The notes under the pieces were generated by a model. It saw only the letters and a list, made by a program, of their open reading frames with translations, did no database searches and was not told the DNA's origin. Source: an uncultured Planctomycetaceae bacterium (GTDB lineage Bacteria; Planctomycetota; Planctomycetia; Planctomycetales; Planctomycetaceae). Taken from it: 64,000 nt of DNA. Where the stretch lies: NCBI GenBank assembly GCA_963815195.1, contig CAWFGE010000013.1, positions 768,001-832,000 of the forward strand, read 5' to 3'. A program made the position numbers and the translations under genes. This document shows, piece by piece, positions 19,032-28,565 of this stretch. The stretch's first letter is position 1. Every line of letters begins with the position of its first letter.

Positions 19032-21047
19032 TCATTCCGCAATCTGCCACGTGCGAAGGACCGCGGCGGATTGCTTCAGGTCGGACGCATCGGCGCGATC
19101 GAGTTGCAGGATCAACTTGCTGTCGGGCGACAACGTCGCGGCGTAAGACGCCACCGGCAGGGATTCGCCCAAAATGGCGACGCGGGTGAAGTCGGAATCC
19201 TGCCAGACAAGAGGCCGGCGTCCGGGGCCGCTCGCCATCACATATTGCCCGCTGGAGGAATAGGCCACGTGCTGCATCACGTTCGTTTCGCCGAGAAACG
19301 CCGGCAAGAGTTTCGCATCCAAGAGCCGGCCATCGACGGCGTAGCGCCGGACGTTGTTTTCATTGATGACCGCCATCACGGAGCGGTCGGGGGAAATCGC
19401 AAACGCGGGGTGTGCCGTCTGTGCGTTGCCCGCGTCCACATAGCCGATCCGCGTGCCCGCCTGCAGGTTCCAACTCATCACGCCGTCGGGTTCGCCCAGG
19501 GCTCCCAAAAAGAGCACATCCGGAACGGGAGCAAAGCCGATCGATGTCAAAATCGCCGGGGCCATGCTGCGTTGGAACTTCGACTGCCCGTCGCTGACGG
19601 TCCACACAAATACGGCGTCCTGGTTGATGGCCGCCGCCAATTTGCCGTCGGCGGAAAACGCCACGCCTTTCACCTGAACCTTCTCCTGCCCCGGCGGGAT
19701 CGACAAGAGCAACGATTGCTCCAGCTTGCCGGTTTCCACATTCCAGATTTGAAGCGTCCCCCCCTTTGCTTCGGGCAACTGCACCTGGGCCGTCGCAATC
19801 ATCTCGCCGTCGGGCGAGAACGCCATCGCCTGAAAATCGCCCGAAAGCAGCGAGAGAGTCTGCACCGCTTTGCCCGTGGCCGTGTCCCAGATCGTTACGT
19901 CAAATGTCTTTTCCGGATCGCCGGAATTGCTGCTGAGCCGCTCCGCCGCCACGCGGGTCGCATCGGCCGAGAACACCGCGTATTGGGGCGAGACCGTCTC
20001 GCCCGCCAGATGCAAATAGCCGGTCTGCTTCGCAATGGGGAACCCGTTGATCGTCGTGGGCTTCGGCGGAGGCTGCGGAGCGGGTTCGGGCTGCGGCTCT
20101 TCGATCGGGGTCTCCGTCCGCCGCGCGGAATCGAGCGGCGTCGAGCCGTGTCCGTCCAAAGGCGACCCGGCACCACCCCCGGACGCCAGCGGGTCGGTCG
20201 CTAACGGGTCGGGCACAGGATCGGCGCTCGCCACCGAGTCCTCTTCCATCCCCACGTGGATGATCTTGTCGAGCTTGGCTTCGACCGTGAACGTCTGCCT
20301 GCTGAGCACGTCCAGACCCCGCCGAGTTTCCAGCTTGTGCTCGCCCGGCTTGTAGCGGTCGAGCGGTTTTTCGAAATCGCTCGCAGGCAAGAGCTCGCCG
20401 TCGACGAAAACCGTCAAGTCCGGCTTGTCGAGGATGAAGGTGACGGTGCCTTCGCCGCCCGGCCAGAAAATCAGCTTGATGATCCAAATCACGGCGAATA
20501 GACACGCCGTCCCCAGCGCCGCCACGCCGAGCCGCCAACCAAAATAGTCCGCCTTTTTGCGTTCTTCCTCCAGCTTCTTGAAAAGCTGCCGAGCCCGGCG
20601 ATCTTTGGGCGTAAGCTCCAAAAGCGCCGCGACGGCATCGTAGAACTCGTCGGTGTCCGTCTCCTTGCGGTACAGCCCCTGGTCGATTTGCTCGTTGAGC
20701 TTCATCACCTTCTTGTTCGCGCGGACGGCCTCTCTCAAAAGCTCCTCGGCCGCGGAGGTCCGGCTGCCCCGCTTAAACTTTTCGAGCAGTTCTACCGCCG
20801 CCGCATAGTTGCAATCGTCGAAAAGCTGCTCGGCCAGCCGGTAGGCATCCTGGCATTCGCTGCGGGCCCTTTGCAACAGGCCCTTGACCTTGGGGATCTG
20901 CTCGCGCACCCAGCGGGCGTGCTCGCCGACCTTGGGCGACCGCTGCCGCGCGAGCCCCTCGAGCACCGCCAGGGCGTCTGCATAATAGCCGTCCTGGATC
21001 AACGTTTGGGCTTGCTCGCGCTTTTCTTGGACCGTGGCGGGTTCCAC
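19032..21047 (-). CDS. Bitopic membrane protein: N-terminal helical/TPR-like region, TM, PEGA-like domain, Pro-rich linker and WD40 beta-propeller
   Basis: VFSADA, IWDTATGK, AFSPDGE, IWNVETGK, AFSADGK repeats; TM near residues 170-195; VFVDGE...PGEHKL. Confidence 0.8.
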   Translation of the reverse strand: MEPATVQEKREQAQTLIQDGYYADALAVLEGLARQRSPKVGEHARWVREQIPKVKGLLQRARSECQDAYRLAEQLFDDCNYAAAVELLEKFKRGSRTSAAEELLREAVRANKKVMKLNEQIDQGLYRKETDTDEFYDAVAALLELTPKDRRARQLFKKLEEERKKADYFGWRLGVAALGTACLFAVIWIIKLIFWPGGEGTVTFILDKPDLTVFVDGELLPASDFEKPLDRYKPGEHKLETRRGLDVLSRQTFTVEAKLDKIIHVGMEEDSVASADPVPDPLATDPLASGGGAGSPLDGHGSTPLDSARRTETPIEEPQPEPAPQPPPKPTTINGFPIAKQTGYLHLAGETVSPQYAVFSADATRVAAERLSSNSGDPEKTFDVTIWDTATGKAVQTLSLLSGDFQAMAFSPDGEMIATAQVQLPEAKGGTLQIWNVETGKLEQSLLLSIPPGQEKVQVKGVAFSADGKLAAAINQDAVFVWTVSDGQSKFQRSMAPAILTSIGFAPVPDVLFLGALGEPDGVMSWNLQAGTRIGYVDAGNAQTAHPAFAISPDRSVMAVINENNVRRYAVDGRLLDAKLLPAFLGETNVMQHVAYSSSGQYVMASGPGRRPLVWQDSDFTRVAILGESLPVASYAATLSPDSKLILQLDRADASDLKQSAAVLRTWQIAE

Positions 21048-21268
21048 AAAACTCTCCGGGAAGCGGATGGGGTGAAAATTCGCTATTCACGAATTCCACG
21101 CGACCGGCCCTCATTCGTCAAGAGGAAATCCGATCCGCCCCAGCCCACCGCCGGCACCGCTTGTTGAATTGGGCCTGGGAGATGATATTATGGCCCCCAC
21201 CTTGCCGGCTGTTCGATTCCTGCTTCGAGAATCCTTCCCGAAAACCAAAAGCCGATTGGAAACCCATC

Positions 21269-21706
21269 ATGAGTGCAGCACAGCGTGCGAAAGAATTGGG
21301 GATTGATTTTCCCGCACAGAAACCGGGCTATTTGAACTTGTGCATCCGCACGGGGAATCTGCTGATCACGTCCGGCCACACCAGCGACAAGAAAGGCGTC
21401 CTCGGCAAGGATTTGACCGTCGAAGACGGATATGAAGCCGCCAAGGACTGCGCGATCAAAATCCTCCGCTCGGTCCACAACGAACATGGTAGCCTGGACG
21501 GGCTCCGCGTCATCAAGCTCCTGGGCTGCGTGTATTCCGCACCGGACTTCACCGACCAGCACCTCGTCATCAACGGGGCCTCGGATTTGCTCCACGAAAT
21601 CTTCGGCAAAGAAGGCGACGGCTTCCACGCCCGCAGCGCCCTGGGCTTCGCCGCCCTCCCCACCGGCGCCTGCGTCGAAATCGAAGCCATCTTCGAAATC
21701 AAATAA
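21269..21706 (+). CDS. RidA/YjgF/UK114 family protein
   Basis: TSGH, VINGASDLLHEIFG, HARSALG, LPTGACVEIEAIFEI. Confidence 0.92.
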   Translation: MSAAQRAKELGIDFPAQKPGYLNLCIRTGNLLITSGHTSDKKGVLGKDLTVEDGYEAAKDCAIKILRSVHNEHGSLDGLRVIKLLGCVYSAPDFTDQHLVINGASDLLHEIFGKEGDGFHARSALGFAALPTGACVEIEAIFEIK

Positions 21707-21728
21707 TAAACGCCCGCTAATATTCAGT

Positions 21729-21884
21729 TTTAACGCAAAGACCGCCAAGAGAAGACGCAAAGGGCCGCAAAGAAATAATGCAAAACGTCCGACTGCTTTA
21801 GATGTTCGTCGGACTGAGAAAATGGAATAAGGCTAAAGACTCCTTCGCGGTCTTTGCGTCATCCCTTTGCGTCTTTGCGTTAAA
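21729..21884. repeat. Inverted pair of the AACGCAAAGACGCAAAG repeat family
   Basis: TTTAACGCAAAGACCGCCAAGAGAAGACGCAAAG at about 21729 and CTTTGCGTCTTTGCGTTAAA at about 21865. The same family occurs at 36287-36508 and 58153-58182. Confidence 0.75.
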
Positions 21885-21922
21885 AACCGCATTAAACCCA
21901 GCCCGCAGGAAAGGTGTTTCTG

Positions 21923-23725
21923 ATGACGGAATTTGCTTTGGTGTGGGATTTGGATTCGATCTTGCCGCACCCCCAGACCCAGGAGTTTCAGCAGGTCTTT
22001 CAAGAATTCCGCGAAGACCTTCGGCAGCTTGCGGAGCGTTCCGAAAGTTTGCCCTCGGCCAATGGCGACGGAGAAACCGCCGCGGCTTGGCGGGAGTTTT
22101 TGAAGGATTACGAAAACGTCGCCGCCCGCGGGTCGGAGTTGTCTGCGTTCATCGGTTGCCATGCCGCGGCCGATGCCGACAACAAACTGTTCCAGCAATA
22201 CGAAGCCCGCCTCTCGACGCTCTCGCCGCTCAAAGCCCAGATCGCGACGAACCTGGAGTTCGCGGTCAAGCAGTCTTCGGAGGCCGACTTGGCCGCGATG
22301 ATCTCCGCCGATGCTTACCTGGAGGAAATTGAGTTCTTCCTCGCGGAAGCCAAACGCAACGCAACGCTCCGTCTGCCCAAAGAGCAGGAACTGCTCGCGG
22401 CGGACCTGGCGGTGGACGGCTTCGAGGCCTGGGGGCGATTGTACGACCGTATCTCGGGGGGCCTTCGGATCGCCGTGATGGAAAAAGGCGAAGTCGTCAA
22501 AAAGTCCGTCAGCCAGGTGCAGTTCGACATGCCCGAACGCCCGGTCCGCGAGAACAACTTCTACGCGGCCGACCTTGCCTGGAACAGCATCGCCGACACC
22601 TGCGCCGACGCCCTCAACCACATCGCCGGCACCCGGCTTACGCGGTATCGCCGGCTGGGACTGAAGGATCATTTGGAGGCACCGCTCCGATGCAATCGGC
22701 TCCAGCGGGAAACGCTCGATACCATGTGGTCGGCCATCAGCGGCCGCAAGCAGATGCTCGTCGATTACTTAAACGCCAAGGCCCGGCTGTTGGGCATCGA
22801 CCGCTTGGCCTGGTACGACCAAGCCGCGCCGCTTCCCGCGGGCAAACCCGGCGGCGAGGCTCTGTCCTGGGATGAAGCTTGCCGGACGACGATCGAGACT
22901 TTTCACGGCTTCAGCCCGGAGTTCGGCGAGTTCGCGGAACGGGCGCTCGCGGAAGGCTGGATCGAAGCCGAGAACCGCGCGGGCAAACGCCAAGGTGGAT
23001 TCTGCACCAATCTGCCGGTCAAACAGCAGTCGCGGATCTTTATGACCTTCACCCACTCGCCCGACAGCATGTCCACGCTGGCCCACGAACTGGGGCACGC
23101 CTACCATTCGCACGTGCTCCGCGATCGGCCGGTGTTTCTCCGGGACTATCCCATGAACCTCGCGGAAACCGCTTCCACCTTCGCCGAGGCCGTCTTGGGC
23201 AAAGAGCGGCTGGCCCGCGCCCCGTCGAAGGAGGAAAAACTCTCCATCCTCGACGGCATGCTGGGCGATTCGATCGCGTTTTTGATGAACATCCACGCGA
23301 GGTTTCTGTTTGAAGACGCCTTCCATCAAAAACGGGCCGAAGGCGAACTCTCCGCCGACGAGTTTTCCGGCCTGATGCTCGCCGCCCAGAAGGAAGCCTA
23401 CGCAAACGCCCTCGCCGACGAGGGCTGGAACCCCCGCTTCTGGGCCTCCAAACTCCACTTCTACATCACCGAGATCCCGTTCTACAACTTCCCCTACACC
23501 TTCGGCTACCTGCTCTCCCTAGGCGTCTACGCCATGGCCGAGGGCCTCGGCAAAGACTTCCCCAACCAATACCGAAAACTCCTCATCGCCACCGGCTGCC
23601 AGGAAACCGAACAAGCCGTCCAAACCACCCTCGGCCAGGACCTGACCAAACCCGATTTCTGGAATAAAAGCCTCGACATCGTGGAACAACGCGTCCGGCA
23701 GTATTTGGAACTGGCGGCGGGTTGA
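21923..23725 (+). CDS. pepF: M3 family oligoendopeptidase (PepF-like)
   Basis: WDLDSI start, GKRQGGFC, TLAHELGHAYH zinc motif, AETAS, FYNFPYTFGYL. Confidence 0.92.
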   Translation: MTEFALVWDLDSILPHPQTQEFQQVFQEFREDLRQLAERSESLPSANGDGETAAAWREFLKDYENVAARGSELSAFIGCHAAADADNKLFQQYEARLSTLSPLKAQIATNLEFAVKQSSEADLAAMISADAYLEEIEFFLAEAKRNATLRLPKEQELLAADLAVDGFEAWGRLYDRISGGLRIAVMEKGEVVKKSVSQVQFDMPERPVRENNFYAADLAWNSIADTCADALNHIAGTRLTRYRRLGLKDHLEAPLRCNRLQRETLDTMWSAISGRKQMLVDYLNAKARLLGIDRLAWYDQAAPLPAGKPGGEALSWDEACRTTIETFHGFSPEFGEFAERALAEGWIEAENRAGKRQGGFCTNLPVKQQSRIFMTFTHSPDSMSTLAHELGHAYHSHVLRDRPVFLRDYPMNLAETASTFAEAVLGKERLARAPSKEEKLSILDGMLGDSIAFLMNIHARFLFEDAFHQKRAEGELSADEFSGLMLAAQKEAYANALADEGWNPRFWASKLHFYITEIPFYNFPYTFGYLLSLGVYAMAEGLGKDFPNQYRKLLIATGCQETEQAVQTTLGQDLTKPDFWNKSLDIVEQRVRQYLELAAG

Positions 23726-23819
23726 TGGGAAAAGCAGGCTGGGCATCACGGGCGATGTCCAACCTGCGTCACTTGGTGAAGCCGCTCCGAGCGTCACGCA
23801 TTGGCATGCGACCCACCGA

Positions 23820-25627
23820 TTATGTCGAGACAGTCGTTGGGGGCAGAGACTCGATGAGTTCGCCGGAGAGTCCGAGTTGAATTGCGCTGGGATGGTCGGA
23901 CAACGGCCGGAACCGTTCCCAGTTGACCAGTTCGATTTTCAGGTTTTTCGAGTCATAATCGTGGATGTAATGAAACAGCGTTTCGACGGTTGTGTGGTCC
24001 ACGAGAGCAACCAGCGGACTGAAATGCAGCTTGACGGACCGGCTTTCGGGCGGGATTTCCTGCAGTTCGCGAATTACATGAAACAGATTGAAGCACACCA
24101 ACGGCCGATTCAGGTAAAGCTGGTAAACGCCATCCGTCAGCTCGCGGCGTTCCACGGGATTGCGAAACAGGCCCAAGATTCGGATCAACAGATTCGGGCG
24201 AGCTTCCCGATATCCATTCAGACGGTAGGCCACCCCCAAGTACCACAGATTCACGATCAGCTTGAGGCCGACGCCCGCGGCGATTCCGATGAGAAGATCG
24301 GTCGTCACGGTCACGAAGACAGTCACGGCGAAGATCGCGATGTGCTCCGTTCCAATCTCGGCGACGTGTTTCCAGACCTTCGGCCGGCAGAGTTTGAATC
24401 CGATGAAAACCAGAATCGACGCGAGTACGGCCAGGGGGACCATGTTGATGAGGTTGCGGGCGAACAGCAAAAAGGTCAACAGAAAACAGGCGTTGTAAAA
24501 GTTGGCCCACTGGGTCCGGCCGCCGCCGATGATGTTCGCCGTGCTCTTGACGATTCCGGGAATGATCGTCAGTCCGCCCAGCATGCTCGACGCGAAATTT
24601 AACCCGCCCATCGACTGGAGCGTGCGATCCGGGTCCGAGCGGCGCTTGTACGGATCGAGTTTATCGACCGCCATGATCGTGGCCAGCGATTCCGTCCCAT
24701 CGATCAACAGCAGCACGACGATGATATAGGCCAACGGCAGCCAGGTGGCCGGCGTGCTGAAGATGCGGTCGAAATGCGGCATGACGATCCCGCGCGTAGC
24801 GGGTTCTCCGGGATTTGGATCAGGTTTGCCGATCCCAGATTCAGAAACAGCGAACTCACGACCGTGCCGAGGAAAAACGCCCACACGGGCGGCGGCATGA
24901 GCTTGAACAGCTTCCACGGAACCGCGGCGAGCGCGAACAAGATCACAATGCAGCCCAGGCCCAGGCCGAAGACTTGGACATTCATCGTGGCGAGCTTCTG
25001 CGGCGTCTCTTTGAGGATTTCCCAGAACTCGTGCGATTCAAACGGCTGGCCCAATAACAGCGGGAACTGTTTGACGATGATGATCAGCCCGATCGCCGCG
25101 AGCATGCCTTCAATCGCCGCGGATGGAAAAATCGCGGACAACCGGGCCACCTTCAGCCGAGCCAGCACGACTTGCAGGATGCCGGCAATGCAGATGGCGA
25201 CGAGCACCAAGGGATAGCCGACCTTGAGCAGCTCGGCCTGCGGGGCCTCTTTGCCCAGATACGCGGTCGAGAGCATGATCATCCCGGCAAACAGAGCCGG
25301 GGCCAAGCCGGCGGCCGGCCCGCTGATCGTCACGTAGGAACCGCCCAACATGGGCAGGAGGAAACCGGCAATAATCGCGGACATGATTCCGCAGATCGGC
25401 GGCGCTCCCGACGTGATCGCGATGCCCATCGAAAAGGGCAGCGAAATCATCGCCACCATAAAGCCGGACCGCAAGTCGTACCGCCAATGCTTGAGGCCGG
25501 CGATTCCGTTTTGAGGCGTTGCCAACTCGGCCGGCGGAGCGGATCGCCGCGTGCTCTGGGCGACAATGTTTCGTCTTGTATGTAAGTCATCGTGAACGGC
25601 GACATCCGTCGAACTTTGCAATTGCAT
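23820..25627 (-). CDS. SulP/SLC26 family inorganic anion (probably bicarbonate) transporter with C-terminal STAS-like domain; one frameshift near 24797
   Basis: DLRSGFMVAMISLPFSMGIAITSGAPP, TISGPAAGL, ESLATIMAVDKLDP, STANIIGGGRTQWANF, LVDHT. Split between ORFs 24704..25627 and 23820..24917. Confidence 0.88.
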
Positions 25628-25794
25628 GAATGAGATCTCCGAGAGGAACTTCCTCGCAGCCGTTCAGCAAAAATGGCTGAGCAGCCAGGGCATTGGGGGG
25701 GGGGGAAGAGAAGGCCGGTACAGGCGGAGGCAGCGCATGAAAAGGCGCAGCGGTTCACGACCGCCGCAGCAGCAGAGCGGGAGCGCTAGAGAAG

Positions 25795-26130
25795 TTAAGC
25801 CGGTGGGCCGCGAGAGAGCCGGGCCTCAGTGTGCCCAGAAGGAAGGCAAATTCTGGGAGGAGAGATTGAGCGGCGGGTTCCGCAACAAGCATCCACAAGA
25901 AGCGAATCGTGGAGCAGGCAGTCGGCGAAAGCCTCGGGATGGTCATCCTCAACCTCTTCCGCCGACTCGGCCTGTTCGATGAGGATTGGCGGCCCGTCGA
26001 AGAAGCCGAGTTTCTTCCAGTCCCCCATCAGGTTGAGAAAGAGGGCGGCGAGCAGAGCCAGCAGAACGGTTTGCCTTCTGCCGTTCGACCGAATCAACAT
26101 CTGAGCTTTAGCGGATCGGTTTCGCCACAT
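25795..26130 (-). CDS. Small ORF with N-terminal hydrophobic segment and C-terminal RGPP motif; candidate translation-arrest leader peptide
   Basis: ...RRQTVLLALLAALFLNLMG...EQAESAEEVEDDHPE...DACC...EARLSRGPPA-stop. Start could be 26172 (TTG), 26130 or 26100 (ATG). Confidence 0.6.
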   Translation of the reverse strand: MWRNRSAKAQMLIRSNGRRQTVLLALLAALFLNLMGDWKKLGFFDGPPILIEQAESAEEVEDDHPEAFADCLLHDSLLVDACCGTRRSISPPRICLPSGHTEARLSRGPPA

Positions 26131-26168
26131 AGGGTGTGACCTTCGGCGTCGATTTACCAAATGGACGA

Positions 26169-26476
26169 TCAAGCGGAACCCACAAGGTCTCCGCTGATAT
26201 CCACCAGATCCTTAAAGCAGGTGATGGAAAACTGGCTCATCTCTTCGCGGACGAATTGCAACAGTTGCTGGGCGAGATGCCGGGGTCCCAGGGCCTCGAT
26301 GCGGACGTGGGAGGATTCGGCGAAGACATCGTGAACGATGTTCCGCGCACGCGCCCCGTGCAGTGCACCGTCCAATACGCGGTGAATCCCAGCCGCTCGA
26401 TTTCCCGAATGAGGAGTTGTTCCGCCGCGGATTCCGCCATCAGGATAACTCGGTTCGTAATGTGAACTTCTGGCAT
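26169..26476 (-). CDS. PII-like (SbtB-type) signalling protein; one frameshift near 26349
   Basis: Joining ORFs 26237..26476 and 26169..26513 gives about 102 aa: MPEVHITNRVILMAESAAEQLLIREIERLGFTAYWTVHCTGRG/ARNIVHDVFAESSHVRIEALG...FSITCFKDLVDI. This fits the PII superfamily pattern (G-x-T-x-Y...GRG-x-R, then V-R-I-E). Confidence 0.72.
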
Positions 26477-26571
26477 AAGGCACCTCGGAAATAAGGGAGC
26501 GGCCGGCGTTCACCGTTCAGGCCAAGTCCTTCCCGGTGGGGAAAATCCTTGCGACGGCCCCTCGTCATTAA

Positions 26572-26617
26572 ATACTACCCTTGTCTAATTAAAAAATTCA
26601 ATCGTATTTTAATTAAA
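26572..26617 (-). promoter_or_regulatory. AT-rich promoter/operator upstream of the PII-like gene
   Basis: Minus strand TTGAAT-18 nt-TAGTAT; direct repeat TAATTAAA at 26586 and 26610, in an extremely AT-rich patch within a GC-rich genome. Confidence 0.4.
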
Positions 26618-26722
26618 TTTTTATAAATCGAGGATACCCGTTCCAAAGGAATCGGGCGGGAGTTGCCTTAGCGGTGCCGGCGAAAACCCGCGACGGCAGG
26701 ACACGAACGGAGAGGCCGCGGC

Positions 26723-28126
26723 TTAGGAGATGGCGGCGGCGGCGGCGGACGAACGCGGAAGTTCGACGATGACCCGCGTCCCCGCGCCGAGCGTGCTTTC
26801 CATGCGGATCGTGCCTTGGTGCGCCTCGACGATCGACTTGCAAATCGCCAGCCCCAATCCGGTCCCCCCCATGTGCCGAGACCGGGCCTTATCGACCCGG
26901 CGAAAGCGGTCAAAGATATGAGGCAGGTCTTCGGGGGGGATGCCCGGACCGTTGTCGGCGACAATCAGGCGGGCACGATCCGGCAGATACTCGCCTTCGA
27001 TCCGCACCCGTCCTCCCGAGGGCGTGTATTGAATGGCGTTGTCGAGCAGATTCATAAACATGCGGCGGAGCCGCACCGCGTCCCCCGGAACCGTCCACGC
27101 GCCGATTGGCCCGGTTTCAATCGTGATCTGCTTTTGATTCGACGCCATGTGCAAATCTTCGATGGCGGTTTCGAGAATCTGGTCCACGCGAACGGGCTCG
27201 CCCGAACTGGGCTCCACGCCGTGATCTTCCCGGCTGAGGTCGAGCAGTTGGTTCGTCAGCCGGCTCAAGTGAATCGCCTCCTCCAAAACGATCTTGAGCG
27301 AATTCCGGTATTCTTCGGTCGTCTGGTCCGCCATCAAGCTGACTTCCACCTCGGTGCGGAGCGCGGTCACCGGGGTTCTGAGGTCATGGGCGGCATCGGC
27401 GGTGAAACGGCGCATTTCTTCAAACGACCGATGCAGGCGGTCGATCATCTCGTTGAGCGTTCTTGCCAAACGGGCCAATTCGTCCCGGGATTCCGGCACG
27501 TCGATCCGCTGGTCCAACCGCCGCACGGTGATCTGCTCCGCCGCCGAAATCATTTTGTCAATCGGCGTCAAGGCCCGCGAGGAGACGAAATACCCGACCC
27601 CCACGGCCGCGAGAAACACCATCGGCAGCGTCGTGAGCAGGGTCAAGGCAAAATCCCAGACTTCGTTCCGCTTGTCCAGCGTCGAACGGCCGATCTCGAT
27701 CGAAAGCGGGCCGATCGCGCTGGAGGCCGTCGTCAGTACGGTCCGATGTCGCCCCGTCTTGTTCGTCTTGGTGAGATGCCGCCGACCCGGCTGACTATGC
27801 CACAATTTTTCGAAGCTCGTCGGAAGCGTATCCGTTTCCGCCGGGCTGACGAAGAGGACGTTTTGGTCGGGCGCGGCGATCTTGATTTCCAAATCGCCGT
27901 GGCGCGTGGCATATTTTTCAAGCGCGGCCACGAGTTCTTTACGATCCGACGCATTTCCGACCTGTGATTCGAGGGCGTCGAGATTGGCATTCAACCGCGC
28001 ATCGATGACCGCCGTCAAACGCCAGTCCATGAGGAAGTAGATCCAGAAGCTGCGGATCAGGAGCAAAAGCATCATGGCCGCCCCGAACCAGAGAGTCAGC
28101 CGCCAACGAATGTTCAATCGGCGCAC
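26723..28126 (-). CDS. Sensor histidine kinase (CusS/CzcS-like; 2 TM, HAMP, HisKA, HATPase)
   Basis: IRWRLTLW, DELARLARTLNEM, FTADAAHDLRTP, NLLDNAIQYT, DNGPGI, GGTGLGLAI. Confidence 0.95.
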   Translation of the reverse strand: MRRLNIRWRLTLWFGAAMMLLLLIRSFWIYFLMDWRLTAVIDARLNANLDALESQVGNASDRKELVAALEKYATRHGDLEIKIAAPDQNVLFVSPAETDTLPTSFEKLWHSQPGRRHLTKTNKTGRHRTVLTTASSAIGPLSIEIGRSTLDKRNEVWDFALTLLTTLPMVFLAAVGVGYFVSSRALTPIDKMISAAEQITVRRLDQRIDVPESRDELARLARTLNEMIDRLHRSFEEMRRFTADAAHDLRTPVTALRTEVEVSLMADQTTEEYRNSLKIVLEEAIHLSRLTNQLLDLSREDHGVEPSSGEPVRVDQILETAIEDLHMASNQKQITIETGPIGAWTVPGDAVRLRRMFMNLLDNAIQYTPSGGRVRIEGEYLPDRARLIVADNGPGIPPEDLPHIFDRFRRVDKARSRHMGGTGLGLAICKSIVEAHQGTIRMESTLGAGTRVIVELPRSSAAAAAIS

Positions 28127-28515
28127 GGCGGCCCCTCCTGCCCAGATGCGGCTTCGCCGCGCGTGCGCAACTCGTTGATTTTCGCGGCGAAGTCGGTAAA
28201 GGCAAACGGCTTAATCAGGAATGCGTCGGCCCCCAGTTCTCGACTCCGCGCGCGCTCGCCCGGCGTGTCTTTCGCCGTCAGAATCAGGATCGGTTTGGGA
28301 AACCCCTGCTGACGGAGTTCTTGGAGCACCTCAAATCCGCTCTTGCCGGGAAGCATCAAATCGAGGACCACGAGGTCCACCGGTTGACTCATCGCCAGAG
28401 GCAGGCCCTCTTCCCCCGTTTCCGCCGTGAGCACGTCGTACTTCAGAACTTCCAGCCCGCGCTTGAGACTTTGCAGCAAATGCGTATGGTCTTCGATGAT
28501 GAGAATGCATGTCAC
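28114..28515 (-). CDS. Single-domain response regulator (receiver only)
   Basis: ILIIED, LDLMLP, LTA, KPF. Ends shortly after the receiver domain and overlaps the kinase start. Confidence 0.88.
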   Translation of the reverse strand: MTCILIIEDHTHLLQSLKRGLEVLKYDVLTAETGEEGLPLAMSQPVDLVVLDLMLPGKSGFEVLQELRQQGFPKPILILTAKDTPGERARSRELGADAFLIKPFAFTDFAAKINELRTRGEAASGQEGPPCAD

Positions 28516-28565
28516 TCTGGACTTCCCCCGGAAAGAGCCTTCATCGAGCGCTCGGGGTGCGCCGG

